The translations under genes and the position numbers were made by a program. 64,000 nucleotides of DNA from Octopus sinensis (Eukaryota): the NCBI RefSeq assembly GCF_006345805.1, contig NC_043007.1:33356001-33420000 (forward strand). The letters run 5' to 3'. Below the pieces are notes generated by a model. That model saw nothing but the letters and a program-made list of their open reading frames with translations. It had not been told where the DNA came from and ran no database searches. This document shows, piece by piece, positions 28,034-42,374 of the stretch (the stretch's first letter is position 1; each line of letters starts with the position of its first letter).

Positions 28034-28689
28034 AATGCTTCACAGATTGTCATTTACAGCCTGAATACTTTTCTAATAAATAATTAACCAACTAGTTAAC
28101 TATGTTTTGTTCCAAATTTGCCTTTTCAAGGTTATTCGTTAAATAATTACTCCCATAAACCAGTCAGCCAATTAGGGAATATTATACACAATCATTTGAT
28201 CAGCTAGAAATAGCCATCTCAGATCACACCCTATCATATTTTATTAAAAAGGAATATATTAGGGAAGCTAGTTGCCCTACATAATTAGACCCTCTGTTAG
28301 CTTGGTCTATGAGGATTTGCCTACTTCTTAAATTAACATGTAAGTGGCTGAGTGTACCACACATGTGTACCATTATTTTGATTCACAAGTTGAATTAGTC
28401 TGTAAAAAGGTTATAAGTCTGGATCGTTAATACAATTCATCATGTTTTATAAAGTTTAAGTGTCTGAGTATTCCACATACATGTGTATCCAAAATGGTGT
28501 CACACAGTGGATTTTGAATCCAGGACTTCATAACTGACTTCTTAGTCACTTGAGCATACTTGCACCCTCGACACATCAAAATAAAAATGGAATGATATGA
28601 TTTCATTTTCCTCCCCTCTCCGTTTATGACTGGTCTTGTGGTCTTTATTCATTCCATGAAGGTTGAAACAATTACAAGGCCCAGTCCTT

Positions 28690-28960
28690 GTTGTAGTATG
28701 ATGGCTTGTGTACCTGAATGACCCTGAGTGCTCTGCCAGCTGAGCCTGTGCTTCTGATAGGGTCTACTATGCTGGTCAGATCAAGGGATAGAGGCCAGAT
28801 TAATAGGAACTACCTCTTCCCAGAGATAGAAATAAGTTTGTGTAGGGCAAATACAATTACCTAAAACAAAAAATGCAAAATTCGAGATCCATCAATGACA
28901 ATTCAAAACCAACATGATCTTGGAGAAAAAAGTGAGGCCAGATTTTAGATCAGTGAAGAG
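28690..28960 (+). mobile_element. Possible 5' fragment of an RTE-clade LINE
   Basis: GTAGTATGATGGCTTG..AATGACCCTGAG..GGTCTACTATGCTGG..AGGCCAGA resembles RTE/Expander 5' UTRs from memory; no ORF is supported. Confidence 0.3.
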
Positions 28961-29169
28961 AAGAGCTTAAGTAAGTAACGAAGTTCAGCCTTAGCAGGAT
29001 TTGAACCTAGAACATATCAAGTAGACTTATGATTGGAAATGTCCCAATTGTGACCATCTTATTTTATTTATTTATTTATTTATTTTTTGGACACTGTACA
29101 TCTAGGACAACTTACATATGTCTTTCCTTTTTCTAAGACAGTCAAATACCATTTACTATTTCCAATGAG

Positions 29170-30420
29170 TCAAAGAGACTGCATAGAAGATTTCTTGTTG
29201 GTTTGATATTTTTGGTAGTCTAATGTTGCTAATGGATAGTGATACTGGTTGTGACAATAATCATGATAGCATTGTTGTGATTTGAAGAAGATTTGACTGT
29301 TAATTCTAGCATATCAAGAAGACTGCATAGAAATTTCCTCATTAGATTTGTAAGATTAGCAGTGTTGTGGTAGTGCTGATAACGTGGATGATAACGATGA
29401 TGGTGATGATGATGATTATAAGGACAACAACTACGGCTATGATAATGATGATAATGATTAAGGTAAGAGTGGTGATAGTTGTACTGATGGCTATGATGGT
29501 GTTATTGTAATATGAGGCAGATTTGGCTATTAATTCTAGCAAGCCAAGAAGACTGCACAGAGGATCTCTTCATTACGTTAGTAAATGTTAGCAGCATAGT
29601 GGTGGGGATGATGATGATGATGATAATAACGGTGGTTGTGACAGTTATTCTAATAGCTATGATGACGATGTGATTTTGAGAGAGATTTAGCTGCTAATTG
29701 TAGCAGGTCAAGAAGACTGCACACAGGATCTCTCCTTAGATTAGTAATATTGGCAGCATTGCGATGATTATGACGATGATGATGATAGTAGGGGGGTGAT
29801 TATGATGATGATGATTATGATGATTATGATTATGATGATTATGATGATGATGATGGTGATGGTAGTAGTGGGGTGACACTTGTGGTGATGGCTATGATGA
29901 TGATGATGATGATGATGGTGATGGTAGTAGTGGGGGTGACACTTGTGGTGATGGCTATGATGATAATGATGATGATGATTATGATGATGATGATGGTGAT
30001 GGTAGTAGTGTGGGTGACAATTGTGGTGATGGCTATGATGATGATGATGATGATGATGATTATGATGATGATGATGATGGTGATGGTAGTAGTGTGGGTG
30101 ACAATTGTGGTGATGGCTATGATGATAATGATGATGATGGTGATGATGGTGATGGTAGTAGTGTGGGTGACAATTGTGGTGATGGCTATGATGATGATGA
30201 TGATGATGATGGTGATGGTAGTAGTGTGGGTGACAATTGTGGTGATGGCTATGATGATGATGATGATGATTATGATGATGGTGATGATGGTGATGGTAGT
30301 AGTGTGGGTGACAATTGTGGTGATGGCTATGATGATGATGATGATGATGGTGATGGTAGTAATGGGGGTGACAATTGTGGTGATTGCTATGATGATGATG
30401 CTGTTATGATTTGAGAGGGA
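29170..30420. repeat. Composite array: degenerate ~70-90-bp blocks separated by (GAT)n-rich spacers, followed by a ~60-70-bp (GAT)n minisatellite
   Basis: AAGAAGACTGCA blocks at about 29176, 29317, 29547 and 29710; GGTGAC(A)ATTGTGGTGATGGCTAT units across about 29870-30400. Confidence 0.85.
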
Positions 30421-30689
30421 TTTTGGCTGCTACTTCCTACAGATTGATGGAGAAAGCTTCTAAGTTTATATAGACAGTTGAGAAGTACTTTACTCTGCTA
30501 AACTAACTCTACAACAACAGTTTTTGATTTCAAACTAAATTTGGTTCGTTGAGGTTGTTTGTTAAAGTCAAAAATCAATAAAATAAGATAAGAATTCCAT
30601 ATGGAAGCAGTTTTAGGGATGAAAGTCTGTTGTAGTCTGTTTATAGAATGAAGGAGAAAGACAAGCTGGAAGTGAGAGAAAAAAGAGAG

Positions 30690-30838
30690 AGAGAGAGAGA
30701 TAGATAAATGAATTTAGGGAAAGAGAGAGAGAAAGAGAAAGGTGGCAGACATAGAGCAGAAAGACTCACAGAAAGAGCGAACAAAAGAGAGAGAGAGAGA
30801 GGAAAGAGATAGGTGAAATATAGATAAATGAATTTAGG

Positions 30839-30884
<46 letters not shown>

Positions 30885-31200
30885 TGAGACAGAGAGAGGG
30901 TGACTGATGTAGAACAGATAGATGCATAGAAAGAGGGAACAAAAGAGAGAGAGAAAGAGAGAGAGAGAGAGGAGAGTAGAGAGATAGCTGAAATATAGAT
31001 AAATGAATTTAGGGAGAGAGAGAGAGGGGGTGACATGTAAAACAGATAGATGCATAGAAAGAGGGAACAAAAGAGAGAGAGAGAGAGGGGGGGAGAGGAG
31101 AGAGATAGGTGAAATATAGATAAATGAATTTAGGGAGAGAGAGAGAGAGAGGGGGGATGACAGGTGTAGAACAGGTAGATGCACAGAAAGAGGGAATGAA

Positions 31201-31234
<34 letters not shown>

Positions 31235-31660
31235 TAAGTGAAATATAGATAAATGAATTTAGGGAGAGAGAGAGAGAGAGAGAGGTGGTAGGCATAGAAT
31301 AGACTCATAGAGAGATGGAGAGAAAAAAAAAGAAAAGAGAGAGAAAGGGACAGAAGGAGAGAGCAAGAGAATGAGGTGGCAGATATAGAAATAGATAGAG
31401 TCAGAGAGAGAGGGCAAGAAGGAGAGATAAATTGACTGCTGAGAGATGGATGGACAGTGATTGAAAGAGAGAGAGAGAGAGAGAGAGTATTCAGAGGAGG
31501 AGAATGTTAAGAGGGAAAAAGTGATAGATAGACAGACAGACAGACAGGCAGACAGGCAGGCAGACAGACAGACAGATAGACAGACAGACAGACAGGCAGA
31601 CAGGCAGGCAGACAGACAGACAGATAGACAGACAGACAGACAGACAGATAGATAGATAGT

Positions 31661-31708
<48 letters not shown>

Positions 31709-31733
31709 GATAGAAAGATGGACAGACATAGAC

Positions 31734-31770
<37 letters not shown>

Positions 31771-31810
31771 CAGATAGACGATAGATAGATAGATAGATAG
31801 ATAGATAGAC

Positions 31811-31873
<63 letters not shown>

Positions 31874-31907
31874 TAGATAGATAGAATGGATAGATAAATA
31901 GATAGAC

Positions 31908-31963
<56 letters not shown>

Positions 31964-32460
31964 GAACAGACAGTGATAGAAAGAGAAGAAATGGAAAGCG
32001 GGAGAAATTGGGAGAAAAGGGAGAGAGAGAGACTGAAAGAGAGATTGACAGACAGACAGACAGAGAGACATATAGAGGGCAAAGGGAGGGAGAGATTTTA
32101 AGAAAGAAAGGTGAGAGGGAGAGAGAGAGAGAGATTGAAAGAGAGACAGATAGACAAACAGACAGGTAGACATACAGACAGACAGACAGACAGGCAAAGG
32201 AAAGGAGGGAGAAGAGATGAATGAACTAACCTTGAGTGAGAGCTGAGAAATCAAGAAAAACTGAAACCAATTTATAGGGGAAACAAAAAGGCTGAGGGAG
32301 AAAGAAAAGGGAGAAATGGACTAATTTAGAGGGAGAGGTGAGAGAGATAGAGATAGAGAGATAGTGAGAGAGAGAAAGAGAGCAGGTGAGAGGGTGAGAG
32401 GTAGGGAAAGCCGAGTGATAAGTAAAGAAATAAGAAGCAAGAGATTTTAGTTGTACTACT
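30690..32460. repeat. Purine-rich region: five ATAGATAAATGAATTTAGGGA blocks with (GA)n spacers, then (GACA)n/(GATA)n
   Basis: Blocks near 30700, 30819, 30995, 31116 and 31246; long tetranucleotide runs at 31525-31960. Confidence 0.9.
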
Positions 32461-32836
32461 ATTATCTATCGATCAATCAACTTCTTTTTTAGTCCATTAA
32501 CATAGTTTAGTGGTATGTGCACGACAGGAGTATGGATGGGGAGTATCGTATAGGGGAATGAGAGAGGGGGGGAAGAGAAGAGATATAGAAGGAGGGGGAG
32601 GGAAAGGAAAGTGGGGAGAGAGAGGATTCGAACATGAGTATCAATCGATATCATCATCATCATCATCATCGTCGTCGTCGTCGTCATCGTCGTCATTTTG
32701 AACATCATCACCATCGGCTTGTGATCTTCCTCCTCCTCTTCCTCTTCCTCTTCCTCTTCCTCATTATCATCATCTAGACTAACAAATGCAATTATCACCT
32801 TTGTCACTGTCATTGTCATTGCCACAACCATCACTC

Positions 32837-32867
<31 letters not shown>

Positions 32868-33633
32868 TATCATCATCGTCGTCATTGTCATCAGTCCTTT
32901 TCTTTCCCCCTTTTCCTATTCTTCATCACCACCACCACCACCACCATCACCACCACCACCACCACCATCAAATACCTCTTCTGTATCATCACAGTCATCA
33001 TGATGATGATGATCGTCATCATCCTGGCCATCACCACCATCATCATCAACGTTTGATGTATACAAAGTGTATACTCAGATAAATCACATACCTTTTTTTA
33101 TTTTTACTTAAAAAGTGAAAAAAAAAAAATGAAAAGCAGGTATGAAACATTGCATGTGATTTATCTACCAAACTTTGCTTGAGGTTTAAAATTCCCAGCA
33201 TGCACTAACACATATATATATACACCAACAAATGAGTAAGTATATAAAGTGGTCTGATTATATCTCTATTCAACCCATATGAAAATTGGCATTATACACA
33301 AATATACCTTGGTGATGTCTTGCAGAAACAATAACCACCTCTTAATAAGTGGAAAATATCTGCGTGGTTTTTTTTATTGACTAATTAATTGTAAATCAAT
33401 AAATCTATTACCATTCAGTGCTAAATATATTGTTAATCACTCAATAAATTAATCAATTAATCAGGGATGGGGATTTAAAAGCCTTGCTTAATCTAATGGA
33501 TCTTAACTTGGGCAGTAGCACCTGACTTTTGGAGGTGTTGAGCTCGCAAGGTGACTACAAATGTTGAGGACGTGCTATGACTAGTATTGGGTGTTTAGAG
33601 AAGGATGTAGTTTTTTTCTTAGAAATAAAATAT

Positions 33634-33847
33634 TTGACCCTTTTGCATTCAAACTGACCACATGTACTTGTTTTATGTTCAAACTGGCCAGATCTGGCCT
33701 CTCACACTTACCCTACAATGTCATTCTAAAAGTAAACAATCACATCACCAAAATCTCAAAGCTATGAGATATTGCATAATTAATTCAAAACAGAGTGGAT
33801 AAATGAGCACTGCGTTTGACAGAGTAATCTGAATACTGGAAAATTAA
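33634..33847. mobile_element. Degenerate piggyBac-like MITE
   Basis: TTGACCCTTTTGCATTCA at the left and TGAATACTGGAAAATTAA at the right resemble decayed TTAACCCTTTAGCATTCA termini. Confidence 0.35.
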
Positions 33848-33920
33848 ACCATTAGCAATCATTATATTCATGTAATAGGCACTAGTGCCAGTACAACGTA
33901 ATAGGCACTTGCACCTGCTG

Positions 33921-34214
33921 AGACCCCTTTGGTCATGACTGACCATAGGATTTCACCTAGAAAGTTACTCTCCCAGGCATAAGTCCAGGCAAGGTTGTTT
34001 ATAGAAGACCAGCAGTCGCCCATGCATACTGGCCTCCACACTCCACGCCACCAGTGTTATCCAAGGGAAAGGCAAAGGCTGATACAGCTTGGCGCCTGTG
34101 ATGTCGCAATTCATTTCTACAGCTGAGTGAACTGGAGCAACGTGAAATAAAGTATCTTGCTCAAGAACACAACACGCAACCCAGTCCGGGATTCAAACTC
34201 ACAACCTCACGATC
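33921..34214 (-). mobile_element. SINE family D (tail Y), head truncated
   Basis: Colinear with 48776-49112. Confidence 0.75.
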
Positions 34215-35116
34215 CATATGCTTTCACCATGTAAAAGGCACTTGTGCTGTACTATGTCTGCAAACACCTGTGCTGTTGTCACGTAAAAAGCACCTGTACT
34301 GTGCCATGTAACAAACACCTGTGCCAGTGCTACATAAAAACCACCCAGCACACTCTGTAAACTGGCTGACATCAGGAAGGGCCTCCAGCCATAGAAACCA
34401 TGCCAAAACAGACATTGGAACCTGGTTCAGCTCTCAAGCTTGATGCAGCTCTTGAGCTTGCTAGCTCCTGTCAAATCATCCAACAAATACCAGCATGGAA
34501 AACATACATTAAATGATGATACGAGAGAGAGAGTCAAAAATTATACACACTCTTGTTTTTTCAATGTATTTACACAAAAGCAGGGGATAAACAAATGGGG
34601 CTTTATAAAATGAATACGACAATATATTATCAATGAGCAGGTACATGGCTAATGATGTTCTCAGATCCTATATAGTTTCATTAAAGATACACATTTCAAA
34701 CAGGTATTGTTTCTTTTCTCGTTTCTTTTATCTTGCTTCTTACTCTACCTTGACAAAGAGTCACCCAAAATGTCAGTCATTTTCATCTTTTCAATACAGC
34801 GGCTCACCATGTGCAACTTTCATTGTCAACCATTTCTTTCATGTCTACATTATATCCATCCCCTTTCAAAATTTTTTTCTACTTGTTCTAACCTCTCAAA
34901 TTTCCTAATTGTCCATTTCTTATTCCCTTTGTTCCAGCCATACTATTTTACCATTTTACCTATAATTTCAGTATATAAATCTTTTTGCATTCTTTAGTTT
35001 CCCAAAATGCTTATCACAGTGCAATAGCCCACACTCATATCTAACACAAAAAAAAAGTAAAAAGGCATGTGCTAGGTGGGAGAGTTCAAGAAAATATGGA
35101 TAGTATGGATAATAAT

Positions 35117-35478
35117 AGGCGCAGGAGTGGCTGTGTGGTAAGTAGCTTGCTTATGAACCAAATGGTTCCGGGTTCATTCCCACTGCATGGCACCTTGGGC
35201 AAGTGTCTTCTACTATAGCCTCAGGCCAACCAAAACCTTGTGAGTATATATATGTATGTGTGTGTATATGTTTGTGTGTCTGTGTTTGTCTCCCCACAAC
35301 ATCGCTTGACAACCGATGGTGGTGTGTTTACAACCCCGTAACTTAGTGGTTCAGCCAATGAGACCGATACAATAAGCACTAGGCTTACAAAGAATAAGTC
35401 CTAGGGTCGATTTGCTTGACTAAAGGCGGTGCTCCAGCATGGCCGCAGTCAAATGACTGAAACAAGTAAAAGAGAGTA
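35117..35478 (+). mobile_element. SINE family B with a short internal deletion
   Basis: Head GGCGCAGGAGTGGCTGTGTGGTAAG and tail AAACAAGTAAAAGAG. Confidence 0.85.
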
Positions 35479-35541
35479 ACAAACCACTGTGAAATAATGG
35501 CTTCAGATTCTGGCACAAGGCCAGTAACTTGGGGATGGAAG

Positions 35542-35757
35542 TTACCCCTTTTGTTACCAACCTGGCTGAAACCGGCTATGGCTCTGAGTACAAATTTCTT
35601 GTTTTCAATTAAAATCTTGCACCAAACCTTAGTTACAATTTATGTCCTAACACTAATGAATGATAACTAAGTTATTTTACTAAATTCTTTGTTGTATTTA
35701 AAGTGATTGAGAGCAACACAGAGTATCTCAAAATAAATACAGTAACGAAAGTGTTAA
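35542..35757. mobile_element. piggyBac-like MITE
   Basis: Ends TTACCCCTTTTGTTAC and GTAACGAAAGTGTTAA are degenerate TTAA-CCC...GGG-TTAA inverted termini. Confidence 0.55.
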
Positions 35758-36536
35758 GTCAATTACATCGACCCCAGTGTGTATTTAGTAATTACCGTAG
35801 CCCCTCAAAATGATATCTGACCCCAAGGTAAAACATAACCTACAAACCCAGTTAACATCACCAAAATATATAACACCATCCCAACATTTCAAGTATAAAT
35901 ATTTATATATAAACCATAATATAAACCATGACCAATATGTATATATAAACAAATGAGAAAATAAGAAGCTCCATTAACATGAATATTATTTCATCAACTT
36001 CAAAAGGATAACAGGTAAAGTCAACTTCAGTGGAATTTGAACTCAGAAAGAAAAGACAGATGAAATACCACTAAGCATTTTGCCTGGCATGCTAACAATT
36101 CTGCCAGCTCGCTACTTTGAAACAATGAGTAATATTAGCTTCTGTTTGATTAAAATAATCAACAATTTTCCCTGTTTCTTTGTTTTTTTGTTTTCTCTTC
36201 CCCTATTTTTCCCTTTTATCTCCTTCTTATTCAGAGACAGGTGCAATTATCCCAAGATATATCTTGCATTCTTTCAAAGAAAAAATGGTTTCACTAAACC
36301 AGGAATTTATCTTTTATGGTAATTAGTACGTCTTTATCATCTTTATTGTCTCAATTAATGTCACTCAACACTCAGTTATTTTAACTTGAATGTATACATG
36401 CACACACATACTTAGTTATATATATAATTATGTATATATACATACATACATACAGACATATATATATACATATGTATATATATATCTATATACACATATA
36501 TACATACACACTTACACATATATGCATGTATGTGTG

Positions 36537-36569
<33 letters not shown>

Positions 36570-36624
36570 GTGTGTATATATATCTATGTATATATATATG
36601 TGTGTGTGTATTTATATATATATT

Positions 36625-37180
36625 CAGGTTATGGTGAATAAACTGTTGTCTAAATTACACAAAAATGAAAATATCACTGATGTCTCATTTTAACACTGAT
36701 GTCTCATATTTACTAAACTTACATAAAAATATCTTGAAATACAAAAGAGTAAATTTATTCAATGGTGTCTTCTAGCAGCCACCCTCTTGACCCAGGTCAG
36801 CAACTACCTACTCCGAGCACTTGATGTAGGCCTCCATGTGTGGGAAGATGATGTTGGCATCACTAGTGATTACTTCAAAACACATGATGTTGACTGAATG
36901 TTTGATTTTTATCACTCCCGGTACACGCCCACAGATTGCACTGTCCTCAGTTTGACACCCAAACACTCTGAAATGTTCGTGTTGGAGCTTCTGGTGCAAA
37001 CGCTAAGCAGTACAGCAAGTGGTTTCCAAATTTCTGGCAGAGTGAATTGTGTTATAGTGCTGTTTTTCTCACAGACAGTGCCCAACTGACCCTACTATAC
37101 TGTGTAGTCAACAAAATCAGAAACAAACAATACATGAAATTAAAAATATAAAGTAGTGATAATTTACCCATCACACCCTG
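36625..37180 (-). mobile_element. Internally deleted mariner-like (maT/DD37D-type) DNA transposon
   Basis: Minus-strand peptide KIKHSVNIMCFEVITSD..IFPH..EAYIKCSE*VV resembles the maT catalytic region. The right end is TA-CAGGGTGTGATGGGTAAAT and the left end is a degenerate equivalent; TA flanks. Confidence 0.75.
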
Positions 37181-37192
37181 TATATATGCGTA

Positions 37193-37291
<99 letters not shown>

Positions 37292-37593
37292 ATATCTATA
37301 TATAAGCAAGACATTCAAATACTGAGATTTGAAATCAGATGTCACTACTGTTCATATCATCTGTGGATAAATTTTTAAATTGATGACATCACCAGCAGTA
37401 ACATAGGTGGATCGCAGGCGCAATAGCATTAAATAGCTATGAATTATAAATGTGTATGAAGTGTAAGGATACTTAACAAGCATCCACCTGCTAGAAATAA
37501 GAGCTAAAGTCTTAAATTTATCCACCGTACAACACAAAGATAACAGAGAAAAACAGTATGTGAGGAAAATAGAAAGAGTTAAAACATTTAACA

Positions 37594-37634
<41 letters not shown>

Positions 37635-37698
37635 CATGTGTGTATGTGTGAGTGTGAGTATAAGTGGTTAGATACAAAAATGAATGATGTATAGATAA

Positions 37699-37741
<43 letters not shown>

Positions 37742-38067
37742 CGTAGATAGATATGTAATATGAACAATTTCTCTTACATAACAAATATTTTACAAAATAT
37801 CATATGACTTTAAGTAACAACATAATAGAAAGGAATATTAGGTGCCACACCATTCTTATAAATGAACTTTATATATATTTTGCTCCTATTAATGTCAGTC
37901 ATCTTGTATTACCTCAAAACCTCTTCAGTATAAAGTACATGACCAGTGAAAAAAAATATATATATGTATATATATGTAAGTACACAAACACATACATATA
38001 CACATGTACACATACACACACACACATACATACACGCATATATGCATGCATGTATGTATGAATGCAT

Positions 38068-38430
38068 CATCATTATCATCATCATCATTTAACGTCCGCT
38101 TTCCATGCTAGCATGGGTTGGACGATTTGACCGAGGTCTGGTGAACCAGACTCCAGTCTGATCTGGCAGAGTTTCTACAGCTGGATGCCCTTCATAACGC
38201 CAACCACTCTGAGAGTGTAGTGGGTGCTTTTACATGCCACCGGCATGAGGGCCAGTTTGGTGGTACTGGCAACTGCCACACCCAAATGGTGCTTTTTACG
38301 TGCCACCTGCACAGGAGCCAATCTAGCGGAACTGGTGACGACCTTGCTCGAATATTTCACATGCCACCAGCACAAGTGCTAGTAAGGTAACATGGTAATG
38401 ATCACACTTGAATGGTGTACTTAACGTGCC
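38068..38430 (-). mobile_element. Family C retroposon with several modules
   Basis: Conserved body plus repeated TTTTAC(A/G)TGCCACC units. Confidence 0.75.
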
Positions 38431-38438
38431 ATCATATA

Positions 38439-38512
<74 letters not shown>

Positions 38513-38936
38513 GTTTGTGATGAGTATGTATAGTATACATAGGTACAAGAGAGAAGTTTGAACTCATACACATTACCAAGGGGCAAGAGTTGTTTATGAG
38601 GATTGAAACTGGCACTTTGAATCCAGTTTCTTGAAATTCTCATCTCTAAGCATGTAGTAAGATGATTGCCAACGTCGAATTTTAATAACTGGATGTGATG
38701 TAGCAACTGCATATATATATATATTATATATATTATTTTACTTGTTTCAGTCATTTGACTGTGGCCATGCTGGAGCACCACCATTAGTCGAACAAATTGA
38801 CCCTCCAGCACTTATTCTGTTATAAGTTTAGTACTTATTCTGCTGGTCGCTTTTGCCAAACTGCTAAGTTACAAGGACATAAACACACCAACATCAGTTG
38901 TCAAACAATAGTGGGGGACAAACACACACACATATA

Positions 38937-39346
38937 TACACAGATATGAAGGAAGTAAATAGACACATTTAATTTTCAAAATTTCTGATCTAAGTGTCTT
39001 AATATATTTCCAGCAGTGTAGAATTTACAATATAATTATTCATTTTCATTCCAGGTTCCATTATATTAAATATTTGCACAGAGTTACCATGCCACACACA
39101 AAGAATTCAGCAGAACTGTCAGATTTTCAATGAGGTCATATTGTTGGGCAATCTGAGGCTGGTCTTAGCTAGCAAAAAATTGCTGAAAATCTTCAAATTC
39201 CTCTTGCTACTGTTAATAGAATTATAGTGCAGTTCAAAAGCTAAGGAAAAGAATCAACAGATTCTCGTCCCAACTGACCTGGACCCTCAGAAAGGAGGCT
39301 TTGCTGTTTGAAGCGAATTGTGGAAAACGAACCCCATACGAAGGCA
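38937..39346 (+). pseudogene. Tc1-family transposon left end and transposase N-terminal HTH fragment
   Basis: From ATG 39089: [75 protein letters not shown]. This is a typical Tc1 paired-like HTH with four stops. Confidence 0.85.
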
Positions 39347-39395
39347 AAAAAAAAAAATACATTGCAAAACAGCTAGAAGTTAGTCCAGATGTTAA

Positions 39396-39427
<32 letters not shown>

Positions 39428-40346
39428 ATAAGTGTTCCTAAAAATTTGCAGCTGTTTGAAAAGATAGGTTTTAAATAAAATTAAATTGATAAAAAAACAT
39501 GCCCATAATAAGGATTTTTTCCCCCCAATATATGTTGCCCTTCTTTCAGAAGGCTACAAGAAGCCCTTCAGAAAGTCTTAATTTCTTAGTTTGTATTTTA
39601 TGCTAAAATTGCCTTGTAACATAGGAAATGGATGTCGGCTTACCAGTTTAGTTCTTTGCCTTGATTGCACTTTATCGATATATCAGTGCATAAGGATTCA
39701 CAAATAATATATACACACACAAATATATATAGATATGTGTGTGTGTGTATAAAATTTATGTAGTATACAGCTTCTCATTAGCCTAGTTTTATACAAAACT
39801 AGAATAGATTATGTTATCAATGCCACATTATCATTACCACCACCACCACCACCACCACAACCACCAGCACCAGCACCACCACCACCACCACCACCAGCAC
39901 CAGCACCACCACCACCAGCACCAGCACCAGCACCACCTCTACCATTGTCATCATTGTTATCATCATAATGATCACCTTCATGATCATCGCATTTGGAGTA
40001 GTGATTGTTGTTTAGCCCCAGGTCAGCCCCGGTAGAGCAGACTCGTGATCCACAGCATTCTAGAAGTGGATCATCCCATTAAATTTTTTTTTTTTTTGCT
40101 TTTGCATTGGGAATCTAGGACCATATAATCTAAAGAATCCTTTTGTGAGATGATAACCCTAAGTTTAAAGGGGATTTGGCTGCCATTTTCAGCAGATTGA
40201 CTAACCGTGTAGAGATTTACTTATTGGTTTATACATTTTGAAATATATGGAAGTGTGGCTGGGTGGAGTCATTTTGCTGTGCATTGTACAAAACAATACA
40301 CGGCACAAATATGTGTGTGTGTTTGTGTGACAAACACAGTCACACA

Positions 40347-40391
<45 letters not shown>

Positions 40392-40827
40392 GATGGGCTT
40401 CTTTCAGTTTCTGTCTACCAAATCCACTCACAAGGTTTTGGTCAGCCTGAGGCTACAGCAGAAGACACTTGCCCAAGGTGCCACACAGTGGGACTGAACC
40501 CGGAACCATGTGGTTGGTAAGCAAGCTACTTACCACGTAGCCACTCCTGCACTATATATATATATATATATATATATTTAATGACCTTCTTTTAGTTGCG
40601 ATCTCTCAAATTCCCTCACAAAGTATTGGTTGACCAGAGACTATAGTATGATGACCATTGTCCAAGATTTTGAGTAGTGGAAGTTAATTCAAAGCCACAT
40701 GGCCATATGGGTGAGGAGTGACCAATTTAACAAAATAGCCAAGCCAGTGATTTTTTCTTCTGCTGAATAAATTCTACTTCAGCCAAAATCCTGCTGCCAA
40801 AAGTAATTAACATGGCAATATGATAAG

Positions 40828-41100
40828 AGAACCATCTGAACGTGGCCATTGCCAGCCTGGCCTGGCCTCCGTGCTGGTGGCACGTAAAAAGCACCATCTG
40901 ATCGTGGCCGTTTGCCAGCCTCATCTGGCACGTAAAAAGCACCCACTACACTCACGGAGTGGTTGGCGTTAGGAAGGGCATCCAGCCGTAGAAACATTGC
41001 CAGATTAGACTGGACCTGATGCAGCCTTCTGGCTTCCCAGACTCCAGTTGAACCATCCAACCCATGCTAGAATGGAAAGCGGATGCTAAACGATGATGAT
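40828..41100 (+). mobile_element. Family C retroposon
   Basis: Modules with GGCACGTAAAAAGCACC, then body and (GAT)n. Confidence 0.75.
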
Positions 41101-41870
41101 GATGGTGGTGGTGGTGGTGGTGATGATGATGACGATGATGATGATGGTGATGATGATGATGATGTCACAGAGTGCTCTACCTTGTTAAACCTAAACTACT
41201 TCCACACAATTATAAAAGTACAAACTTTAAGCTATTTCTATGTACATAAAAAAAAGAACTTTAGCTTGATTTCATCTTTGTTCCTACAATCAATATGATG
41301 TCAGAAAGTAATACAAATAAAAATTGCATTATTTTCTGACTCACCCACATATTGGTAACTTTGGAAACAGATCTCGATCAAATTACATAATTATACTGTA
41401 AGAATGGAATTGTTCTAAAGAAAATATACCCACTCTGTTGGCATAGGATCCTCACCTCCTACCCCCTTAAATTGCTCACACCCTTGATGCTTGTCTTTCT
41501 ATTATTAGTGGAACATCTATTTTCTTTTGTGAACAGTTGATGAATGAGTTGAGAAACAGAACTGTGATGAGAATGAAGAACTTGGCAAATATTTACATTT
41601 TTCCTTTACAACATTGATGGATAAGTAGTATCTATCGTTGACGGTAGAGCAGCCAAGCAAAGTGTCATTATGGCATTTAGTTACGTTCATTTACATACCA
41701 TGTTTGAATTCCACAGGGGTTCAGCTTTACTTTTAAGTTTCTCTTTTGTTTAAATCAATAAAATAAAATACCAGTCAAGTATAGTAGCATAGAATGGCAG
41801 TAACTGTTAGTAGAGTTATTAGAACATTAGAAAAAATGCTATGCAATATTTGTTCCGGCATTTGCAATGT

Positions 41871-42081
41871 GGTGAGCAGGCAGAACTATTATCATGCCAG
41901 ACAAAGTGCTGAGTGGTATTTCTCCTGACTTAAGATTCTGAGTTCAAATGCTATTGGGGGTCGACTTTACTGTTCATTTTTTTCAGAGTCGATAAGATAG
42001 GTACAAGCTGAACGCTGGGGTTGATGTAATCGACTTAACCACTGTCTTGAAATTGCTGGCCAAAATTTGAAACCAGTATTT
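41871..42081 (+). mobile_element. Degenerate SINE family A
   Basis: Head and GAGTTCAAAT..GTCGACTT..GTCGATAA motifs. Confidence 0.65.
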
Positions 42082-42144
42082 GTTCTGACATTCTTTGCTC
42101 TAATTTCAAATCTCACCCACACTGACATTGACTTTTGCATATAT

Positions 42145-42374
42145 ATTTCTTTACTACCCACAAGGGGCTAAACATAGAGGGGACAAACAAGGACAGACAA
42201 AGGGATTAAGTTGATTACATCAACCCAGTGCGAAACTGGTACTTTATTTATCGACCCTGAGAGGATAAAAGGCAAAGTCGACCTCAGTAGAATTTGAACT
42301 CAGAATGTAACGACAGACAAAATACCGCTAAGCATTTCGCCCAGTGCGCTAACGTTTCTGCCAGCTCGCTGCCT
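42145..42374 (-). mobile_element. SINE family A
   Basis: Reverse complement of the consensus seen at 428-668. Confidence 0.85.

Noticed and set aside
30010-30414. Asp/Gly-rich ORF resembling an acidic biomineralisation protein
   Set aside because: It is a direct translation of a (GAT)n minisatellite that is open in another frame as well, with no signal peptide or splice context.
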